From: Octopus vulgaris
Lineage: Eukaryota
Assembly (NCBI GenBank): GCA_951406725.2
Contig: OX597841.1
Coordinates: 20,956,001-21,020,000 of the forward strand
Length of the DNA: 64,000 nucleotides
Reading direction: 5' to 3'
Shown: one piece after another, positions 56,451 through 64,000 of the stretch
Numbering within the stretch: the stretch's first letter is position 1
How the letters are laid out: each line of letters opens with the position of its first letter
Translations under genes and position numbers: made by a program
The notes under the pieces: generated by a model
Told to the model about the DNA's origin: nothing
What the model saw: the letters and a program-made list of their open reading frames with translations, nothing else
Databases searched by the model: none

Positions 56451-57660
56451 GACATAGTGTATCTAGGACTACATTATCTAATGTGTTCTGTCTTGTCTTA
56501 AGAAGTATTCTTCATCCTGATCCAGTAGACCTATGATCAAAGACGTTCCAGCTGTGACCATCCTGTCTTTTATTCAGACATAGTGTATCTAGGACTACAT
56601 TATCTAATGTGTTCTGTCTTGTCTTAAGAAGTATTCTTCATCTTGATCCAGTAGACCTATGATCAAAGACGTTCCAGCTGTGACCATCCTGTCTTTTATT
56701 CAGACATAGTGTATCTAGGACTACATTATCTAATGTGTTCTGTCTTGCCTTAAGATTCTTCATCCTGATTCAGTAGACCTATGATCAAAGACGTTCCAGC
56801 TGTGACCATCCTGTCTTTTATTCTGGCATAGTGTATCTAGGACTACATTATCTAATGTGTTCTGTCTTGTCTTAAGAAGTATTCTTCATCCTGATTCAGT
56901 AGACCTATGATCAAAGACGTTCCAGCTGTGACCATCCTGTCTTTTATTCTGGCATAGTGTATCTAGGACTACATTATCTAATGTGTTCTGTCTTATCTTA
57001 AGAAGTATTCTTCATCCTGATCCAGTAGACCTATGATCAAAGACGTTCCAGCTGTGACCATCCTGTCTTTTATTCTGGCATAGTGTATCTAGGACTACAT
57101 TATCTAATGTGTTCTGTCTTGTCTTAATATTCTTCATCCTGATCCAGTAGACCTATGATCAAAGACGTTCCAGCTGTGACCATCCTGTCTTTTATTCTGG
57201 CATAGTGTATCTAGGACTACATTATCTAATGTGTTCTGTCTTATCTTAAGAAGTATTCTTCATCCTGATCCAGTAGACCTATGATCAAAGACGTTCCAGC
57301 TGTGACCATCCTGTCTTTTATTCTGGCATAGTGTATCTAGGACTACATTATCTAATGTGTTCTGTCTTGTCTTAATATTCTTCATCCTGATCCAGTAGAC
57401 CTATGATCAAAGACGTTCCAGCTGTGACCATCCTGTCTTTTATTCAGACATAGTGTATCAAGACGTTCCAGCTGTGACCATCCTGTCTTTTATTCAGACA
57501 TAGTGTATCAAGGACTACATTATCTAATGTGTCCCTCCTTGTTATTGTTCAGCCACAGGCCAGCCCTGATCCAGCAGACCATGATTAAAGATATTCTGTT
57601 AACAAATGCCTTATCTTTTACTCGGGCATAGTCTACCTAGGAGTACACTGTTTAATGTGT
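56451..57660. repeat. ~126-bp minisatellite, 8-9 units with a degenerate end
   Basis: CATAGTGTATCTAGGACTACATTATCTAATGTG...GACGTTCCAGCTGTGACCATCCTGTCTTTTATTC in tandem. Confidence 0.95.
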
Positions 57661-57837
57661 TCTTCCTTTTTCGTGTTGTTTGCATCAGCCAAAACTTTTT
57701 TTTTTCTTTTTTTTTTTTTTCTTACTGTTTTTCAAGACTGTAATGGGACGATTTGACAAAGATTTAGCTTCTATTTCTAGCAAATAGTCACCCGATACAG
57801 GTTTTTTCATAGGGCTTGTTCCTGTTGATGTTCTTAC

Positions 57838-58725
57838 TGGTAGTAGTGGTGGTGGTGGTGGTGGTGGTGGTGGTGGTAGAAGATTTGGTGCTGGAATGTG
57901 GTGTGCTATGATGGTGGCAGCGGCGAAGGCGGTGGTGGTGGTGGTGGTGGTGGTTTGGAATATCATGCTGTTGTGTGGCGGCGGCGGTGGTGCTGGTGGT
58001 GGTGGTGGTGGTGCTGGTGGTGGTGGTGGTGGTGCCGTTGCCGGCGGTGATAGTAGTTTGGAATGTGGAATACATGTCGGTGGGTGGGTGGGTGGGTGGT
58101 GGTGGCGTTTGAGCTGTAATTGGAGTTTCCACTGTGATTGTGAGAGAGGAGTAGTGACAGGTTTACGTTGTGAGTATGGGATTGTGTTTGTGTGTGAATG
58201 CCTGCTGGTGGCGGTGGTGGTGCCGGTTGGTGAGTGCGTTTGTGGTGGTGGTGGTGGTGGTAGTAGTGGTGGTGGTGGTGGTAGTGATGATTGTAGTGGT
58301 AGTGGTGGTAGTGGTGGTGGCGGTAGTGGTGGTGGTGGTAGTAGTGGTGGTGGTGGTAGTGGTATGGTGGTGGTGGTAGTGGTGGTGATTGTGGTGGTAG
58401 TGGTGGTGGTGGTGGTGGTAGTGATGATTGTAGTGGTGGTGGTGGTGGTGGTAGTGGTAGTGATGATTGTCGTGGTGGTGGTGGTGGTGGTAGTGGTGGT
58501 GGTGGTGGCGGTAGTGGTAGTGATGATTGTCGCGGTAGTGGTGGTGGTGGTGGTAGTGGTGGTGGCGGTAGTGATGATTGTCGTGGTAGTGGTGGTGGTG
58601 GTGGTGGCGGTAGTGGTGGTGATGGTACTGGTGCTGGTGGTAGTGGTGGTGGTGGTAGTGGTGGTGGTAGTGGTGGTGGTAGTGATGATTGTCGTGGTGG
58701 TGGTAGTGATGGTGGCGGCGGTGGA
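57838..58725. repeat. (GGT/AGT)n trinucleotide tracts
   Basis: Seen directly. Confidence 0.9.
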
Positions 58726-59027
58726 TGTGTGTGTGTGGGTGGGTGTGGGTGTCAGTTTTGAGTGAGTGTGTGAGCGAGATGTAAATGTAAGTTTGAGTGA
58801 CAGGTGAAGGTTGTGAGTGTGAGTGTGAGTGTGAGTGTGAACTTACCGCAGAATAACGTGTGTGTGTGTGTGAATGTGTTCATGAGTGCGTATGTGCCCC
58901 TGTGAGTGTGTGTTCGTGTGTTAATGTGTATGTATGTGAATGTATGTGTGTGCGTGTTTGTGTGTTTGTGTGTGTCTTCAACCAGCGGTTGTCATAGCTA
59001 ACGTTTGTTTATACGTGTATATATGTG

Positions 59028-59066
<39 letters not shown>

Positions 59067-59179
59067 CTGTCTGTTTGTCCGTGTGACTTGTAGTAAAACT
59101 GTCACGGTGGGGTGGCGGGGGTTGTAAACGAGTCTTGAGAGAGACGGCTGTGCCGTTTCTTGTTAAAAAGCTTCGACTA

Positions 59180-60836
59180 CCGCCGCCGCCACAACCGCCA
59201 CCACCACGTCACCACCGCCACAACCACCACCACCGCCACCACCACCACCACGGCGCAAGCACCACCACGTCACCACCGCCACCACCACACGTAACCACCG
59301 CCGCCACAACCCCCCCCCCCCCCCCCCCCCCACGTCACCACCACCACCCCCATCACATCACCACCGCCACCACCACCACGTCACCACCACCACCACGTCA
59401 CCACTGCCGCCGCCACCACCACAACATCACAGTCCCCCCCACGTCACCACCGCCGTCACCACCACCACCGCCACCACATCACCACCGCCACCACATCACC
59501 ACCGCCACCACCACGTCACCACCGCCACCGCCACCACCACCACCACGTCACCACTGCCGCCGCCACCACCACAACATCACAGTCCTCCCCCCACGTCACC
59601 ACCGCCGTCACCACCACCACCGCCACCACATCACCACCACCACCACGTCACCACTGCCGCCGCCACCACCACAACATCACAGTCCTCCCCCCACGTCACC
59701 ACCGCCGTCACCACCACCACCGCCACCATCACCACCGCCACCACATCACCACCGCCACCACCACGTCACCACCGCCACCGCCACCACCACCACCACGTCA
59801 CCACTGCCGCCGCCACCACCACAACATCACAGTCCTCCCCCCACGTCACCACCGCCGTCACCACCACCACCGCCACCACATCACCACCACCACCACGTCA
59901 CCACTGCCGCCGCCACCACCACAACATCACAGTCCTCCCCCCACGTCACCACCGCCGTCACCACCACCACCGCCACCACATCACCACCGCCACCACATCA
60001 CCACCGCCACCACCACGTCACCACCGCCACCGCCACCACCACCACCACGTCACCACTGCCGCCGCCACCACCACAACATCACAGTCCTCCCCCCACGTCA
60101 CCACCGCCGTCACCACCACCACCGCCACCACATCACCACCGCCACCACATCACCACCGCCACCACCACGTCACCACCGCCACCGCCACCACCACCACCAC
60201 GTCACCACTGCCGCCGCCACCACCACAACATCACAGTCCTCCCCCCACGTCACCACCGCCGTCACCACCACCACCGCCACCACATCACCACCACCACCAC
60301 GTCACCACTGCCGCCGCCACCACCACAACATCACAGTCCTCCCCCCACGTCACCACCGCCGTCACCACCACCACCGCCACCACATCACCACCACCACCAC
60401 GTCACCACTGCCGCCGCCACCACCACAACATCACAGTCCTCCCCCCACGTCACCACCGCCGTCACCACCACCACCGCCACCACATCACCACCACCACCAC
60501 GTCACCACTGCCGCCGCCACCACCACAACATCACAGTCCTCCCCCCACGTCACCACCGCCGTCACCACCACCACCGCCACCACATCACCACCACCACCAC
60601 GTCACCACTGCCGCCGCCACCACCACAACATCACAGTCCTCCCCCCACGTCACCACCGCCGTCACCACCACCACCGCCACCACATCACCACCACCACCAC
60701 GTCACCACTGCCGCCGCCACCACCACAACATCACAGTCCTCCCCCCACGTCACCACCGCCGTCACCACCACCACCACCACCACCACCACCACCACCACGT
60801 CACCACTGCCGCCGCCACCACCACAACATCACAGTC
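59180..60836. repeat. (CAC/CGC)-derived higher-order repeat, 100-bp period at the 3' end
   Basis: CACAACATCACAGTCCTCCCCCCACGTC recurs every 100 bp from 60241 onward, with longer variant units upstream. Confidence 0.9.
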
Positions 60837-60906
60837 ACTGAAACTAACAACAACGTTAGTCGCTGCTTCGATTTGGCTTCTTTACCTACCGACACACAGC
60901 CATACA

Positions 60907-61306
60907 CTCTTTTACTCTTTTACTTGTTTCAGTCATTTGACTGCGGCCATGCTGGAGCACAGCCTTTAGTCGAGCAACTCGACCCCGGGACTTATTCTTT
61001 TGTAAGCCTACTACTTATTCTATCGGTCTCTTTTTACCGAACCGCTAAGTGACGGGGACGTAAACACACCAGCATCGGTTGTCAAGCGATGTTAGGGGAA
61101 CAAACACAGACACACACACAAGCATATATATATACATATATACGACGGGCTTCTTTCCAGTTTCCGTCTACCAAATCCACTCACAAGGCTTTGGTCGGCC
61201 CGAGGCTATAGTAGAAGACACTTGCCCAAGGTGCCACGCAGTAGGACTGAACCCGGAACCATGTGGTTGGTAAACAAGCTACTTACCACACGGCCACTCC
61301 TGCGCC
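60907..61306 (-). mobile_element. SINE family A, full length
   Basis: Head-to-tail match. Confidence 0.92.
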
Positions 61307-61430
61307 ATCATGTAGATACTTTTTTTTTGTTTCTTTTTTTTTTGTTTCAATCATTTGACTGCGGCCATGCTGGGGCACAACCTTGGAGAATTTTTAGTCG
61401 AATTGATCGACCTCGTAACTTAACTTTTGG

Positions 61431-61663
61431 GGTAATACTTGAGAACAGCGGTCCCGGTGCGCGCACTCGCGTAGTCGCGCATCCGCGCTAGCTAGTCGTG
61501 ACTAGTCGATCGTACAACGACCACCTAGCAAAGTAAATAGAACACAAAATAAATAATTTTTTAAACTAAGTAAATAACACACAAAAACACAAAGTAAGGA
61601 TCGACCAGTCATGACTAGCTTGCGCGAGTGCGCGCACCGGGACCACTGTTCTCAAGTAGGACC
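61431..61663. mobile_element. MITE with 9-bp TSD and GG termini (Merlin- or Mutator-like)
   Basis: TSD AACTTTTGG at 61422-61430 and 61664-61672. TIR GGTAATACTTGAGAACAGCGGTCCCGGTGCGCGCACTCGCG / CGCGAGTGCGCGCACCGGGACCACTGTTCTCAAGTAGGACC. Confidence 0.8.
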
Positions 61664-61714
61664 AACTTTTGGGTCAGTTTTTGTTGTTAAACCCGGTACT
61701 TATTCTACTGGTGT

Positions 61715-61974
61715 TGTGGCGTTTCTCGAGTGAAATTCCTGTCTCCCCTGACGTAGCAGATATCAGCTAACCTTCGGCCGCTATTCGCACCCCGTTGTGT
61801 CCACTACTCCGATTGCTTGGCATTGGCGTTGTCGCTGGAACTGTCTGTGTCTTGTGTGATCAGTGGCTGGACCTTAAAAGGTCTGGAACCAAAGACATCG
61901 AGACGAGGAGTAGCTGGGGTTTTTTTTATAATAAAGGGGAGAGAGGAATTCCACTCGAGTGTACGTACGCTACA
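61715..61974 (+). mobile_element. TG..CA element (solo LTR or Ginger-like) with 4-bp TSD
   Basis: GTGT|TGTGGCGT..CTCGAGTGAAATTCCT ... AATAAA ... AGGAATTCCACTCGAG..ACGCTACA|GTCT; it sits at the GTCT site of a SINE A. Confidence 0.6.
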
Positions 61975-62076
61975 GTCTGTTTGGCGGAACTGTTAAGTGA
62001 CGGTGGATTAAACACACCGACACCGGTTGTCGAGCGGTGGTAGGGAACAAAACATGCACAAAGACACACACACATA

Positions 62077-62590
62077 TCTATATATATAAAACTGTAGTCG
62101 TGTGAGTGTCTGTCCCCTTCGATTTAGATTCCTAACTACTCCCACATTTTGCGGTGCAGTTTAACCAAATTCGGGTATCTTATAGTCGCGATTCATATCG
62201 AGCCCGTCTGGGTATTAGCGCGCGTCTACGATGAGTCTACGATTTTAAAAATAATTTAACATCATTTTTTATTCCATTTTAATGCATAATTTTTCGTGTG
62301 TCGATGGCGGCGGAGTTGGCGTCCACGCTCACAGCTGCACATGTGTTGCTTCTCCCCCTTCTTCCCTCCCTCGTGAAGCTGTGGGGAAGGGAGTGTAAAG
62401 AAATCAACGTCGTAAAGCGTTGTCAAGGAGACCAGCGTTCTTTTAGAACAACGACTTCATGGCTTGAAGACACCAAAACAGAAGTGGCTAAGAAAGCCCG
62501 AATTGGCATCTATAAGGGAAGTAACTCTCTAAAAAGGCTTATATAGTTATTTCCCTTACAAACCCGAGCAACGCCGGGCGATACTGCTAG
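62077..62590 (+). mobile_element. Non-autonomous Helitron
   Basis: A|TC ... CCCGAGCAACGCCGGG..CTAG|T; homologous along its length to 6319-6831. Confidence 0.85.
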
Positions 62591-62889
62591 TATTATTTAT
62601 ACGACAGTGGTTCGAGTGTTGTATGATTGCAAACGTGATTTCGATACCCGGAAACAGTGCTGTGTACTCTCCGTGGGTAAAAAAAACACTTAAATTCCAC
62701 GTTGCTCAGCAGCCGTTTCGACATGTGACATGTCTGGCACGCCTCTGCACCTGAACAAGCAATGGGGATTTTGTGGAGGGGAGTGACCGTGGGGGGGGGG
62801 CAACGCAAACATTTGATCACTATAAATACATCGTCTGTGTGGTTGTCCAGCAAGAAAGTGGCGACCTCTCGTCTGTTATCTAACAACGG

Positions 62890-63406
62890 CATCACACACA
62901 CACACGCATACTCACTCGCACACAGACACACTCACTCACTCACACACTCACTCACTCATACACACACTCACATACACACACACTCACTCACTCACATACA
63001 CACACACTCACTCACTCACTCACACACACATACTCACACACATTCACACACTCACTCACTCACACACACACTCATTCACACACAAACACACACTCACTCA
63101 CTCACACACACACACACACACTACACACTCACTCACTCACTCATACACACACTCACTCACTCACACACACACACTCACACACATTCATTCACTCACTCAC
63201 TCACACACACACACACACATACTCACACACTCACTCACTCACTCATACACACACACACTCACACTCACTCACTCACTCATACACACACTCACTCACTCAC
63301 TCACTCATACACACTCACACACACACACACTCACTCATACACACACTCACTCACTCACTCACTCATACACACACTCATACACATTCATTCACTCACTCAC
63401 TCACTC
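62890..63406. repeat. (CA)n/(CACT)n microsatellite
   Basis: Seen directly. Confidence 0.95.
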
Positions 63407-63789
63407 AGAACGTAGTGGGGATAATAATCCTTTTTATTATAGGCACAAGGCCCGAAATTTGGGATTATATCGACTGAAGTGTTTCACTAGTACTTAATTT
63501 ATTGACCCTTAAAGAATAAACAACAAAGTCTCGACTTCGCTAGAATTTGAACTCAGGCCGTAATGATTTCAAACAAATTTAAAAAGAACAATTTTCTTCG
63601 CGAAAATGAAAGTGGTACGCTAAACTTCATGATCGGCCTTAAGTGATATGAAATAGCGCCGCTGACTGCAGACAGGTTTCGTTACGCCTTGGTGTGAAGC
63701 GGTTGTGGCGGGGAAGATGTGTTCTGTTGAAGCTTGTTGCAGACTCAGGTCGAAGGCGCTGTTGTCTGCGGATACATATATATATTCTG

Positions 63790-64000
63790 TCTCTTGTTTC
63801 AGTCATTTGACTGCGGCCATGCTGGAGCACCGCCGTTTTAGTCGAGCAAATCGACCCCGGGACTTATTCTTTTGTAAGCCCAGTACTTATTCTATCGGTC
63901 TCTTTTTTGCCGAACCGCTAATTGACGGGGACGTAAACGCACCAGCATCGGTTGTCAATCAATGATAGGGGAACAAACACAGACATACAACCCCCCCACA
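63790..64000 (-). mobile_element. SINE family A, 3' half (runs off the window)
   Basis: Reverse complement of the SINE A 3' region. Confidence 0.85.

Noticed and set aside
59135-60841. 568-aa extensin/mucin-like protein
   Set aside because: It has a TTG start and a 100-bp repeat period that shifts frame; it is repeat-derived.
62815-62830. TATAAATA as a TATA-box promoter
   Set aside because: Common by chance in AT-rich DNA, with no downstream gene evidence.

Overview
Repeat-saturated, AT-rich eukaryotic non-coding DNA (intergenic or a very large intron). The microsatellite load and SINE set resemble a coleoid cephalopod such as Octopus (inference). No intact host protein-coding gene is supported: almost all long ORFs are translations of (TA)n/(CA)n/(TATG)n/(CAC)n/(GGT)n microsatellites. 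The window holds ~20 copies of a tRNA-headed SINE with an internal microsatellite, other SINEs, 3' fragments of RTE, CR1/L2-type and R4-like LINEs, and a fragmented SPIN/GTF2IRD2-type hAT transposase. It also holds non-autonomous Helitrons (including a head-to-tail array), piggyBac-type MITEs arranged as a repeated composite, a Merlin/Mutator-like MITE, a TG..CA solo-LTR-like element and several minisatellites. The most notable hidden signal is a set of type I hammerhead ribozyme motifs in short non-coding cassettes next to (TA)n tracts (Penelope-like or retrozyme-like). One has a canonical core with a very long stem II. Another has a compensatory U3-A8 core and sits in an interleaved inverted-repeat structure that breaks 2-3 nt from its predicted cleavage site.
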